NCBI RefSeq assembly: GCF_964204645.1
Contig: NW_027437461.1
Location: 31,001 to 95,000, forward strand
Origin: Tubulanus polymorphus
Lineage: Eukaryota; Animalia; Nemertea
Direction: 5' to 3'
DNA length: 64,000 nt
The translations under genes were made by a program, and so were the position numbers. The notes below the pieces were generated by a model, which saw only the letters and a list, made by a program, of their open reading frames with translations, did no database searches and was not told where the DNA came from. Positions 51,801 through 64,000 of this stretch are shown here, one piece after another (position 1 is the first letter of the stretch; each line of letters starts with the position of its first letter).

Positions 51801-54800
51801 AAACAGCGTGTTTAGTTCGTTTTGGAAATTTACTCGGTCTGGTTTATTTTGGATTACTGTGTATGTCATTTGTCAGGACATTAAATAGAAGACGACTTAG
51901 GATACTACCTAGTGTGACTCCACTAGTTAGACCGACTTATTCCAAGATGAGGCGTTCCGTTGATTTCGGCTACAAGTTTTCCTTCAGAGATAACTGCTGA
52001 GCCATTTGGGCGACCTATCATTGATACTGTTTCCTAATAGCCTGTTTAGTAATGGCTGATGTTGTGCCTTATCAAATGCTTTGTCCAAATCCACCGTTGA
52101 ACAGGATTCTAAGACTGTGCAGAAAACCCGTTATCGCTGCTTTGCAGCTATATTTATCATTATTATTATTATTACTATTATTATTATTATCAAGCGTTCC
52201 ATGTAGTAAGAGAGATGAAATATTATCATATATGACATATCATATAGAGCATATTTTTTTCTTTATTGCATTTCTCTTTTTTTCTTCTCCACTTTTCTCT
52301 TTTGAGGGACCTGGCCCGGTATGCATAAAACTTCCTTAAGGGAAATTCTTTCCTTAAATAGATAAGGAATTCCTTACCTAAGGATGACTTTTATGAGTAT
52401 GATGCATAAAGTATCTTAAGCATTTCCTTCGCTAAGGATATCCTTAACTTCTTGGATAACTCTTATCCTTGGCCTACTTGTGGCAAAATGTTATAGCCAA
52501 TGAAACACGCTGCTGCAGACTTAGTTTCGGAAAAACCCGGGTTAGAAATATCCATCATTCCAGAAAAAAACCGGCTGTAGTGCACAGGTTGCAATCATGG
52601 CACAGAAAAAAACGGTTGCCTAATTGGAGCTATGAGGAGAAAGAAATCCTTGTAGACGAGTATTTAAAGGTGAAAAGCATAATCAGAGGGAAGTTGTCAC
52701 CAATTCTGACGAGTCAAAATAAAATGGAAGCATGGTGTAAAATAACAGCTGCAATCAACAACCATAGTCCCAATATAAAAAGAGATGTAGAAAGTGTTAA
52801 AAAGAAATGGGACAATCTTCTAACAACTGCAAAAAAATGAGGCAATAGAACACAACAAGGAGTTGAGAAAAACTGGTAAGTCAGGAAATGCTGCATACAT
52901 TACTGAGCGTACGCTTTTGAATGCATCAGCAATCAAAATATCAGTAAAAGAGAGTGAAATAATGGCCTATTAGTTTATTCCATGAAATTAGTGATAGATT
53001 TGGAGGAATGATGCAACATTCACTAGCCCAGTTTATAGTATCCGCAACCACTTGTTGGGAGCTACCACATGCGTAGAATCGAAGAGCAACAAACACTTGG
53101 AGTAAGGGAGGAATGGCATGGTTTCTCTAGGTACAAGGTTGGAGATCATCAGTGAGATCAGTGATGAAAATAATGCCTTCTCTGTCGAAACGAAATCTTT
53201 GGTATATCTCTCGATCATCATAGATATCCATTGGATTTTCACGGTCACGAAATATTCTTTGCCTTGGTACAACGTGTTGTAGTGCCTCTACTTCGAGCAG
53301 CCCAGCAATAATGAGAGCCATTTTATGGCATCGACACTATACACACTAGGATTTAAGGACTAAATGCTCACTTATCTCAACAGAAAAGGTACCTTAAAGT
53401 TAAGGAATTTTTCAGGAACAATTTTTATCTTAAGACATTTTATGCATACCACTTATTTTAAGATAATACTCTGAGCAAGAATTTAAGGGAATTTTTTATC
53501 CCTAAGATGCTTTATGCATACCGGGCCTGTTTTATACAAACTATTCCTTAGATTCTACAGGCCCCTCCGGGTCTAATTTACTGTATTTTGTATTATGCTT
53601 TGTATATTATGCTGTAAATTATATTTGAAAAATAAAGTGTTCAAATCAAATCAAAATTATGAACCGTTCGATATGAAATTTTAGATATATATGATTATAA
53701 AATATGTGACTTATATCAGGGTGACATTTCACCTTTGCCTTTCAAACACAAATACATCCTCCAGGTCTCTCCAAAATAACCTGCAAAACCTAGGTTTAGC
53801 ATAAACATTGCTTTTTGTTAACCAAAAATCTACTTTGAATACAATAGATTTAAATGTCAAAAATTGCTATGCAGTTATTTGGTTTCTCATCAACTATAAA
53901 TCCCTGAAAATTAATAGATCGATTCATAAGATATCTTTGCTCTATATGATAAGACATTCACAGTTATTGGCTGAGAATGTACATGTTTTGACTTCATTGA
54001 AAACGAAGTCTTTGCGATGGACTGTCAGTATGTGCGGATGGTCTGGTCCCATTGCCTCGGTTCGATTTTGCGGTGGGAGGATTGCTTTTCGTGACGCCAT
54101 TTTATATTTCATTGCATTCCGATCATTATCGTTTAAAGGCCAACTTAAATGGAGGTCCAAAAGCTAACCAGTTGGTACTTGAGATTTGCAGTGCAGGCCA
54201 CATCCCACTAGCAACTAGCAAGCGGTAGATTGTTTAAAATGTTTACTGGAACACATCTGGCTCACACCAGTATCACTCAGTATCACATTGACAAAAAAAC
54301 TTTTTTCGTTTATGTTTGATATCATTTTGGTCATAGTAATCTTCTCAATTAAAATTCGCTGATTTTGTAGATGTTTTTTTGATAAGAATTCCTCCAGTAA
54401 TAATGGATTTGAACATAAAATCTGTATTTTCAACTAATTCAATTTTTGTCCGATTTTGATGAAATTTTCACACATGATACTGATGAGGAGTTAAGACGAT
54501 ATATAAATTTTCAGTTTGATACAACTTTCAGGTCAAAAGTTTTCTAACCCCCAAAATTACGCACTAGAGAGCTGCAACTGTTTCGTTTATATAGATTTAT
54601 GACAACAGGTCACTGTGCTCTCTGTGGTGAGGTGAATAACTCCTCCCAGCTTGTCATTCAAAGATTTGAAAATTTGAAGAATGCACTAAGTAAATTGCTA
54701 ATTTATGCATTAAGGAGGGCTTAAACAAAATTTTAAGCCATATATATGACTATATTGCATGTTTATTCATATCCCTGACAAAAAGGAGGGTCCAAATCGG

Positions 54801-57800
54801 TTAAAGAGATATTAGGGAAATACCAGTTTCAAAGCTGGAGCTCTTCATTTTCATGCCACCTCACACCTACCATGATAAAAGACCAATGGTTTTGTAGCTC
54901 ACCTGACCATTAACTTATACACAGTTTACACTTGTTGGGTCTAAAACAGACTCTGTGTCAATAATCATACGAAAATAACAATATCAATTCAAATCAGACA
55001 AAGCTACTGGCATATGATGGTAGGCTAGGCTTATTCATATTCACACCAGAAGTTTCGTCTTACAATATGTAAGATGAAATGTGTTTTTTGAAATAATACA
55101 TAATTTTCTGCTTCGATGAGTTGAGGGGTTGGTTGACCACATGGAATTTTACATGTAACATACTGCATACGTTGTTGGGATTCTTTGTTACATTATTGAG
55201 TTTATTGTGATATTGGCATCCAAGCATATCTTATTGTACTGCAAGATGATACGTCAAAAAACAACTAGAGAAACTTAAGAGGAGGACATTCTCTTGTGTG
55301 AAGCTGATTTAGTGAAATGATGTCTGGGAGTCCAGTTCATATTTCTAGTGTTTCAGTGTCAGTGACATTTGAATGCCCATGATTTGAGGGCAGCGACCTT
55401 TTGATCCTGAGTTAAACAGCATTCAGATCAAGCCACTTATTCAACATACTAAATAAATGTTGGCTCCTTTTGCATAACTAGTCAAGGTTTTGAAACTACC
55501 ATGTAACATTAACTTTATCAACAACTAATACTTACAAGATTAAGTACCCTTAACATTGTACTGATGGCACCAGTTTCAGGTTTCGCCAAATACTGTCGAC
55601 TAGTCCTCGTTTTCACACAGTAATTAAATAACTTCAATAACACTTGTAATAATGGTTTTCCACGCACCAGATCCTTCACCGAATTGAATCTTAAGAGGGA
55701 AAATGAAAAAAAAATACAGAATATTAGTGAAAGAATTGAAATCATGTAAATTTGTGTAAATATTACTTTTCAAAAGTATTCTAGAAAGGTTTAGCTGGTG
55801 AGGTTTTGAGAGCTTCTGAAAGGACAAGGTATTTTTTGTGGCCTGAGCATGAATTGGTGATGCTTGTATGGGTTACCCAAGTCAGTTTTTTTTGCCAGTT
55901 TTAACAATAAATAAGAAATATAGACGTGATGCTGCACCATAGATGCTATGTTTTAGTTCTTTATATTAGTATTAAATAGAAATTTATGACTATAAACTTA
56001 CCTCTGTAACATAACCTCCAAACCATTACATTCCCATAGTACAGTAGCCATCTTATAAACCTCCTCATTGTCTATATCTTCATCTATAGAAAGGATACAA
56101 TGAATCATTAAAATATTGATTGTACCAATGTAAACTACATTACTGAGTCGGTAATATAGTGCATAGGATATGAAAGTGAAGTCTCACCATGTCATAAATA
56201 ATTGGTTTATTTCACTTTGCACATTTCACTTCATTTTGCATAGCTGGATTACCCGGCTATTAAACAAACACACCAAGGAAACACAATACACATCTGCATT
56301 TTGAATGCAGGAGCAATGCGTGAATGATATACCTCCTCCCTTTGTATGCTCAAGAACACAATTTTATCAAATCACTTCCTCCCTAACTCATGAACATAAT
56401 AAACCTATGACCCCAAATTAAAATTGTACTGTAAATACCAAGGAACAGTGAGTATAATATGTGAGAATTGATTACTGAAGTTTTATTGCAATTTCTATGA
56501 AACGGAAAAGACAGTGCTCATCTTCTCACTGCTATTATAATCTAAATGATTATCATGATGAATAAAGTTATCTAATACAAAAAAAAATTTCTTTCAATAT
56601 ACCACATCACTTGTTGAAACAATGCATTCATACACGCGGGCAATACCGATGCCGATAATTATTCTTCTGAGAGAAGGGACTCGACGTGTTAAAATCACGA
56701 ATATTAGGCCTAAAAATCGACCTACATTTATACGCCAGTTTTTACGATATATCATTAAGTTAAGAAAGATAATTGATCCACATTAGGGAATCCCTCAGGG
56801 ATTCACTATGACATCGTACCATCGTGGTCAGATTACATCTAAAGTAGCCATTTAAACACCCGCACGTGTGTGGTAAGGCCAAAAAACCTTGGTTCATGTC
56901 CAAAATTTGGTTGGGTAGATTTATCTGGAAAAATCAATTCACAACTAGAGGCCCACGGGCCTTGTGAAGTCTAAGCATCAGGTAAAGAACTTTGCATAGC
57001 CAAGACATTTTAAAATGACTTTGAGCACGGATTCTCCCTCCCCTATTCTGCAAAATTCATTAAATTCAAAAAAAATTCTTTAAGTCCTTCATGTTTTCAT
57101 CAGAAAAACATTTTGTGCCTGGCTTGACTTACAATTGGGTAACTCTGTCAGTTCTTCAATTTTGGGATTTACAAAATCAGGTTATTCAGTGATCACAGCA
57201 CAGTGAAAAAAGGGCCCCAATTTTGAAAAGGGCCAGTATTTATGCCCAGTGAGCTAGTTTGAGTTCGAGTGCCATAATTGGTATCATGCAACTAAATTTG
57301 CCTTCACATTCAATTTGCTTGTGCCTTTTTTGGATTAAATTTATAGAGCAACAATAATGTCTCTTATAGAATAGTGCCCTTTTGAGTAAAGGAAAATGCC
57401 TTAGATTGCCTTTTTTGATTTTGGGCAGTTTATTTTCATTCACATTTTGCTTCAGTCCTAGTACAGAAAGGCAATTATTTTTTCATGGCGCACAAATTGT
57501 GTGCCCTTTTATTTACTTTTTTCCCAAACAAAAATTTTTGATGAGCATTTTTGAAGAGTAAAATTTGTATTTCTGAGGGATACTTACGTGGGGCACATAT
57601 TAGAAGTTACCTTAGCTTGGGAACTATATCGCTTAAACATTTTTTGGGATACTCGATACCATACGGTGGAGCCGCCACGAGCCACATGACTCAAACGAAA
57701 CATGACTGAAACTCAGCGCAAAGAGTCGAGCGGGGAAGGCGGGCAAGAAACTCCTGTGCCCCACGTAAGTATCCCTCAGAAATACAAAATTTTACTCTGG

Positions 57801-60800
57801 AAAATTATGATATTTCCTTCAGGATACATTACATGGGGCGCATATAAGAAGGATAAGCAAGCACCAGACGGCGGGTAAGGCTCCCAAAAAATGTGTGTAG
57901 GCGAAGGCCTAAAATAACGCGTGTTCAACAATGAAAAACTCACCCCGGAAACCGTGCAAGGACCGAATCACCAACTAGACCTGTGTTCCTTGGTGAAAAA
58001 GGCCCCGCAAGACCTGTGTTCCTTGGTGAAAAAGGCCCCGCAAAGTTAATTACCAGCTCCCAGCATAGGACTCTAAACTAGACACACGGCCGGAGCAAAC
58101 ATAAAATATGTACACGCATATACAGATCTAAATCTAATCTAGCCTGTTACTCATGCAAAATATATATTCTCACAGCCCATGGGAGCGAATGAATTTAACA
58201 AACCCTTCCGCAGGACAGCTTGGCTAAGACACCCAGCCCCAAGCTGCCGTACAAAAACTATATAAAGATCCAAACAACACATACATCAATCATTTTGATT
58301 TGGATCGAAAGGATCTGATAGATGAACGGGATGAGAACTGGCATGAGCAGACCCTGAAGGAAAATCCATATGCAATGACAGCAGGGCTCGCTGGCGAAAG
58401 AGAACTCAGCTGCCCTGAAACATCCTTCAAATAAAAGGAAGCAAAGGTATTCTAACTACTCAAGAACGCTCCTCGACAAACCTCTTCGATGGACGCACCC
58501 GAAAATGCTGCCCATGAATGATGACAATGCTGCCCTGATGACTGACAACACAAGCAGGCTCGGCATCTACCGACGATAAAACCTCGCGAATGAGTTCTGA
58601 GACCAACCGAGCAATAGTATCCTTCAAGACATCCTTTGAGGACTGCTCATTCAGCGATAACTCTCTCCCTGAAATGAGGCTGTCCGACGCAAATAAAATC
58701 TCATTGCCCGACCGGACAAAGCCCCCGGTTCGGAAGGTCTGATTGAACCTATGAGAGCCTCCACTATCCACTCTCTACCAACCGCACCCGGTCTTTGATT
58801 CTTAGCGATAAAGTTGAGGTAAGGGCGGAGAACAACAAAACGATGATCGGGGCCGAAAACGATATGACCAGGTCGAGTCGTTAATGCATGAATTTTGGAC
58901 CTCCTGGCTGACATAGTCAGAAACAGAAGAAACACTGTTTTCTTAGTGAGTTTAGAAAGACTCACTTCGGAGAGAGGTTCATACGGACGAGACATGAGAA
59001 ACCTAAGGACCACCCCTTAGTCTCATGGAGGGATTTCCCGAGGCACTTTCAGCCAAGCTACTGTGAAACTCGCAATGAGCTGATAAATATGGGATCAGTA
59101 GTTAAGTCGTGGATATCAGCGGCCCTGAAAGTATGGCCGATAGCGGACAGGTAAGCCTTAATGGTTACCACCTGCTACCACCTAAAAAGAGGAAAAAATC
59201 AGCAAGAGCAGCTACAGGAGCAAGCATGGATCAATCCCCCTTTGACTACACCAATCACTATAGAGCTTCCACTTGTCATAAATCCAGCCTGTACTAGGGC
59301 GCTTGGATTTAGCGATGAACGAAGCCCCGACTGCACTTGCCAGGCGTTGCTCGCTCGACAACTGCCAGGCCTCAAGGTTGAGCATTTGTAGAGCCATATG
59401 CCTCCGGAAACTCCTAGGAGACAGGAAGAACAGAAATTGCGACAGGCACCGGGATCAGATCTTTCAATGGATCGCCAACCAGGGACCCCACTCCAACTGC
59501 CCACCTGCCCAGGATGAAGTGACCATTCCGTAGAAATGGCCGCATCCTGACAGGAGAGGGCGTCGGCAATAACGCTTCTCTTGGCGGCCAGGTGAACCAC
59601 GGACTGGTAGATTCCTCGGGCCTCACATAAGATGAGAATCTCCGCCGTAAGATCGGTAAGCGTAACATATCTGGTGCCTCCCTGGTTCTGAATATAGGCC
59701 CTGACCGTCTAGTTGTCGGTGGCTAACCACACGTGTCTGCCTATCAACTTCCTGTGAAATAACCCCAGAGCTTTGCGGGCTGCCAACAGCTCTAAATGGT
59801 GACATGGAGAAGCCCCTCCTGATGAGACCTTCACCCGGCCTTCTGCGAACTCTCCAGATGGGCGCCCCAACCGGCATGACTCGTGTCAGTAAACGGGAGC
59901 CCGAGATGTACCCTTCCGGAGGTTAGTGAAGAGACATGCACCAACTTAGTCCTGGAACCAGAGCCGGAGGAGGAAGCAGAAGCAAAGTCTCCCGAATTTC
60001 GATCAAATTTATTAACGTATCTGAGTGGTAAGGCTTATTTGGAACGAACTCACTGAAGAACTGGAGGTGCTTGTTTTGGTCTTGGACCAACAAATCTACC
60101 AGTCCGCTTGAACACAAACTCAGAAAAATGTCTAAGCGGCAGCTCCCTTGGAAAAAACGCACGAAAAATGGCGGAGCTTAGGAAGAAACTGAGTCACATG
60201 GCTCGTGGCGGCGCCACCGTACGGTACTGGGTATTCCAAAAAATCTTTAGCGGTATAGTTCCCAAGCTAAGGTAACTTCTTATATGTGCCCCATATGTGT
60301 CCTGAAGGAAATACTGCGACTACCGAACGTGCTGCATGTGCGATAGTCTTGTATCTAATTGGTCACGATATCCACCCTGTTGTTGTATTCATGACACACT
60401 ACTCGCTACCATTCTTATAGAGACAATAATCCCTGCCGTTAGGAGTCGCATAGGCAAGCGTCTCTAGTTTTTCCACCTCATAGCATCAACCTTGAGGTCC
60501 ACCCAGCCAGCCAGTGCCGGTCGCCGGATGAACACCCAGAGAGCAGGCACGGTCATAAACCGCAGAGCCTGCAGCGCTAAAGGCGTTATTGAAGCCATAC
60601 ATTTATGTTTATATGCTTAAGAAATCTGGTTTATATGATTGGTGTTCAATTAGGCAAATTAGTACAGCGCAGCAATCGTCCGCACATCAAAAGTAAAGTT
60701 TTTTCATCAATATAACCACTGGCTTGCAAAAAATGAGTATAAAAATTTCAAATACATTGGAATAGATTTATATTTTAATAGATTATCCATAAAACTGACA

Positions 60801-61245
60801 AATTTAATTAAGATTGTCTCTTTTTAGTTTTAGACATCTCCCATAGTACACTAAACGCGGCACCCACGAAAATGAGGGCATTAATCAAAAGTCTGCCACG
60901 ATAACTCTCTGCTTGCGGAGATGTTCAGAAGGTTACTTTCACGTTTCGAGTCATTCTAATAAGTCTAAAAATAACGAAAAAAGTAAATTTTGAGTAGGGT
61001 TCTAATGGATGAATCTTTGCTTCATTTACCTGCACTGTTGTCTAAGCTGTTAACCATGTCCTCTGTAGCATCACCTAGCAAGCCCCTCATACGGTACACT
61101 ATACGCATTGCTTCCCCTTCTCCATGTTCTGCCACCCAAATTTTCCTGTAGACATCCTTAACGGGCAAATCAAGCGAGATGATCTTGTTGCACACAAGAA
61201 GTTCCATCCCAGTATCATCTTCCAACAATGCAACTAACTCGCAAT
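24827..61245 (-). CDS. UBR4: E3 ubiquitin-protein ligase UBR4 (p600), last 16 exons (~790 aa); the gene continues beyond the right edge
   Basis: GT-AG exons in consistent phase: 61030-61245, 56002-56083, 55536-55689, 49949-50071, 49582-49772, 49325-49397, 49123-49232, 48898-48997, 47595-47720, 47388-47477, 46966-47222, 44525-44845, 44220-44441, 42306-42399, 41278-41437, 24827-24888. Peptides [20 protein letters not shown], hemi[12 protein letters not shown]...[35 protein letters not shown]-terminus [20 protein letters not shown]. Confidence 0.96.
25160..25702. mobile_element. MITE with 9-bp TSD (MULE-like)
   Basis: Imperfect ~55-bp TIRs (GAAAAACGCCT...CGGAAAACGCATAA); flanking ATCCTTATA duplicated. 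Confidence 0.65.
26060..26440 (+). repeat. HINE/pearl-like interspersed repeat, 3' part
   Basis: Two ~145-bp units with GGTGACCTTGACCTTTGACCT, a GACR microsatellite and a terminal hairpin ATGCCCTC...GGGGGCAT. Confidence 0.6.
27017..28100 (-). pseudogene. DIRS tyrosine recombinase
   Basis: [53 protein letters not shown]; frameshifted. Confidence 0.9.
28100..30044 (-). pseudogene. DIRS reverse transcriptase, RNase H and Dam-like adenine methyltransferase
   Basis: [23 protein letters not shown]; [26 protein letters not shown]; DLFAT...DAFSLDW...YAFPP; frameshifts. Confidence 0.92.
29911..32147 (-). pseudogene. DIRS gag-like ORF1
   Basis: ATG at 32147 followed by Cys/His finger [18 protein letters not shown]...C...CKIC..W; Ser/Arg-rich region with a GACCGGTGAA tandem repeat (31720-31800); C-terminal 379 aa ORF. 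Confidence 0.75.
34434..35226. mobile_element. Long-TIR MITE
   Basis: About 135-bp TIRs GATATCGACAAATTCAAGTTCTT... / ...AAGAACTTGAATTTGTCGATATC; a second copy lies at 14247-15054. Confidence 0.88.
35461..36264. mobile_element. Kolobok-like non-autonomous element
   Basis: TTAA on both flanks; short imperfect TIRs GGATGTTCCTACC / GGTAGGAGCCCCC. Confidence 0.55.
39722..40951 (+). mobile_element. HINE-like element with an internal 154-bp tandem array
   Basis: Units start at 39796, 39950, 40104 and 40258; GACG microsatellite and 3' hairpin; related fragments at ~41000-41210, 42600-43190 and 43780-44025. Confidence 0.72.
43400..43472 (-). repeat. Isolated DIRS terminal-repeat fragment
   Basis: Near-identical to 32412-32484. 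Confidence 0.85.
48567..48674. mobile_element. Tiny Harbinger-type MITE
   Basis: TIR core CCAGTTCCACAGT / ACTGTGGAACTGG; CTG TSD. Confidence 0.65.
50909..51238. mobile_element. PIF/Harbinger (Tourist-like) MITE
   Basis: 26-bp TIR AGCCGGACGTAGGTCGGCYTTGCGAC; TTA TSD. Confidence 0.85.
51265..51805. repeat. Degenerate short-period tandem repeat (TTTTCGTTCRAAC-like)
   Basis: Recurrent ~20-25-bp motif across ~540 bp. Confidence 0.6.
51810..52156 (+). mobile_element. 5'-truncated Helentron end related to 13014-19639
   Basis: GCAGAAAACCCGTTATCGCTGCTTTGCAGCTATATTT at ~52119-52156 nearly matches 19606-19641; the left boundary is approximate. Confidence 0.7.
52314..53526. mobile_element. Internally deleted Harbinger transposon
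   Basis: TIR GCCCGGTATGCATAAA, CTG TSD; convergent Myb/SANT-like remnant (+, ~52597-52875, [14 protein letters not shown]...KKKWDNL) and transposase N-terminus (-, ~53035-53321, RFRFDRE...ALRFYACG); no DDE core. Confidence 0.9.
57546..60313 (-). mobile_element. Internally deleted DIRS1 of a second family
   Basis: ITRs at ~57546-57693 and 60190-60313, ICR at ~57756-57852; decayed RNase H (ADALS) and YR ([17 protein letters not shown]) remnants; no RT recognised. Confidence 0.88.
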
Positions 61246-61361
61246 CTATGAATTCAATTAATTTCTTTTACTCTTGTGAAGACCAATTCATTAAGTCGAA
61301 TCATCTCAAATAGGTCTAAATTGAACTGGGTTCAGTTGGGTAAGTTTCTATGGATAATGTA

Positions 61362-64000
61362 AAAATTACAATTTTTGGAACTAAAATTTGTATTTCCGAG
61401 TAGTACTTAACCTTTCCTATGGTTTTTGTCAATATTTTCTAAATTTGGATTGATCGCCAATGGTTTTTTCTATATGACCCGGCCCTGTGGTATTGCCTTT
61501 AGCCACCGGCAAAATCTGCCATCTTTTTACGTCATAGCAGACCCAAAAATGCAGCTATTCGGGGCAGGTGGGCGGGATTCCCACCATAGGAAAGGGTAAG
61601 TACTATTCGGAAATACAAATTTTAGTTCCAAATATTGTGATACTTCCATCGAGTACTGTACCCTTTCCTATGGTTTTTGCTAGACTAGCCTAGCACAAGG
61701 ATGGTGGGAAAGGTAGATAGAAAAACCACCGCTCAAACGCAAGGTTAGAGGGAAAAAAGAGAGCACTTACCCAAGCACGGAATGGAGCACTGTAGCACAG
61801 GGAAGACCGGTTGGCCACAGTGAGTCCATCCAGCTCAGGCCCCCCGAAGTTTGCAAAATTAATACTTGCGAATATGAGCTAAAACTGTGCACATGGATAC
61901 ACCCCTTGTGATCCTGATAATGCAAACAGAAAAATTCTGTGGTAAAGAGTCCGATCCGAAAGAATGGACACCTTGAGCCATAACAACAGGACCGGGTCAG
62001 CCTAATAAGCCTAACTGGCCTGAAACATCCCGTAAATAAAATGACATGAATGTCGATGGAGAATTCCAAAAGGCGTCCCGACAGACTTGAAAACCTGAAA
62101 AGGCTGCGAGCAAGCCAAGAACAGCAAGAATAGTCTTCTTTGACAAATTCGCAAATGACGCTGCAGAAAGAGGTTCAAATGGAACCTCCATTAAATTCTT
62201 CAAAATTACAGACAGATCCCATGGTGGAACTATCCTCGGTACCCGAGGCCGGGAAACAGAAAACCCTGCAACAAGCTGGGATATCCGATGATCCCCTGTT
62301 ACATTTGGCCGTCCAGAAGCACGCAATGTATGAGAAATCATGGAGCGGTAACCTTTAATAATTATAACCTGCAAACCTTTTACTACAAATAGATGCAGTA
62401 AAAAATCTGCCAATTGAGCTACAGAGGGTGAGCATGGATCCTGCAGCACACCAATCCGCAAAATGACCCCATTTGGCATCGTAAATGGTACTTGTTGATG
62501 GCCGCTTAGATCCTGTGATAAATAGGGCAGCCTGTTCCGAAAAGCCTGAAGCTGACAAGGATCGCTGGACAATGGCCAGGCGAGCAGATTTAACCACTAG
62601 CTGTTTGGAAAATGCCGAAAGTTCCCCTGAGACAGAACCAATGGGAAATTCGGAAGAATCCTGGGGTCGTCGCACAGTAGGTTGAGGAGTGGTAGGAACC
62701 ATTTCTGAGCCGGCCAACATGGTGCTACCAGAACTATGTTGCAATTGACTGATCTCTCTATTTGATCCAGCAAGCGTGGGAGGACTGGTGCGCCGGGAAG
62801 GCATACGCATGCATCCCCGACCAGTCCAGAGAAAAGGCATCGACCCCCACGCTTCTGCGTCTGGAAACGGGGAAACAGAGGACACCTCCGATCGAACCGG
62901 GTGGCAAACATATCCAGCAGCGGATTGCCAAACATGTCTCGAACTTGATTGGCTACTTCTTGGTGGAGAACCCATTCTGTCGCAATAGCCTGACCTCGAA
63001 CGAGAAAAAGCATTGGCCATCACGTTCCTTTTCCCTGCTAAATGTGCCACAGTCAGGGAATCGCCCTCTGTCTGGCACCAAAGAAGAATTTTGGCTAACA
63101 GATCCGTGAGGATTTCTGAGTGAATGCCCCCTTGATTCTGAAGGTAAGCCCTCACTGTTGAATTATCCATGGCTAACCAAACGTGGTGGCCCTCCACTCT
63201 CCTGTGAAAGAACTTCAGGGCCTTCCACACGGCCAGCATTTCCAGGAAATTTATGTGGTTGGTGGCTCGTAGCGAGACCACCTCCCGGCTTTGACTCGGC
63301 TCTCCAGATGTGCCCCCCACCCTTGGACACTGGCATCCGTGAATGCACGAACTGGAGCCTCTAACAGGGCTAGTGACAACTGCGCTGAAGATTCATAGTT
63401 GTCGCCCACCAATGAAGATCTGGACTTAGATCGGTTGGAGGTACGGGAATCAAGGTCTTCCAGTTGCCCTTCGACTGAGACCAGAAGACCTTCCAATATT
63501 GTTGCAAGCGCCTGCTTTTGAGGCGGCCTAAGGGCACCACTAGACCCATGGAGCTGATGGAGCCTAGAAGCCGTGACCAGTAACAAGCTGTTCTCGGGGT
63601 TGTGGGCACTTCCGCTACAGCTTCTTGAAGTTTGGCTACTCGAGCCATGGACGGAAAGACTTTGCCGGTTCTAGGTGTTGATTGAGGGATGACAGATCTA
63701 TCACCGTCTGTTGACCCCCTGTGGCCTTTGGTACCATGAATATTCAGAAAACCAGCCAGGAGAAGTTTCGTTGCATACTGGTTCTATCGCTCCCTTCTCG
63801 GCCAATTCCTTGAGAGCCGGAGAGATTAAGGCATCCTGACCTGGTTTTGGCCGCATGTCGGGAGGTGACCTTGTCAGGCGCGGTCGCCTTTGGAAATGGA
63901 GACGGTAGCCACGAGAGATGACCCGAGAGGGCCAATCATCTCCGAAAAGATCGGACCAGTGGGTAGCTGCCTGCTGCAGACAACCTCCAACTGGTCCCGA
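61362..64000 (-). mobile_element. DIRS1 copy of the 26441-32485 family, with deletions, running off the right edge
   Basis: Same 3' ITR and ICR; colinear YR/MT/RNaseH/RT remnants with deletions in YR (~62090) and RT (~63670). Confidence 0.93.

Noticed and set aside
15655-61245. Functional link between three DUB-like protease domains (vOTU, C76-like, OTU) and the neighbouring E3 ligase UBR4
   Set aside because: The domains belong to two independent mobile elements and are disrupted; adjacency is most simply coincidence.

Overview
Animal (probably marine invertebrate) nuclear DNA in two parts. (1) Positions 1 to ~22 kb hold a very AT-rich, inactivated endogenous Polinton/Maverick virus (group II / beta-adintovirus type) that runs off the left edge. 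It encodes a chromodomain integrase, packaging ATPase, major and minor capsid proteins, a gasderminX-like membrane protein, several small membrane proteins, an SSB-like protein and a pPolB polyprotein. The pPolB is split by a 6.6 kb Helentron derivative carrying a spliced gene with two different deubiquitinase-like domains, and that element contains a MITE nested in a MITE. (2) Positions 24.8-64 kb hold the last 16 exons of the host gene UBR4 on the minus strand, with introns containing three DIRS1 retrotransposons, a mini-Harbinger, HINE/Helentron repeats and MITEs. The most striking unexplained pattern is that 11 of 13 identifiable Polinton gene starts are TAAATG, the poxvirus late/intermediate initiator, and that the upstream sequences sort into two motif classes matching structural versus replication genes. 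This suggests, but does not show, a helper-dependent, virophage-like transcription programme. All family assignments come from motif recognition by eye; no database searches were run.
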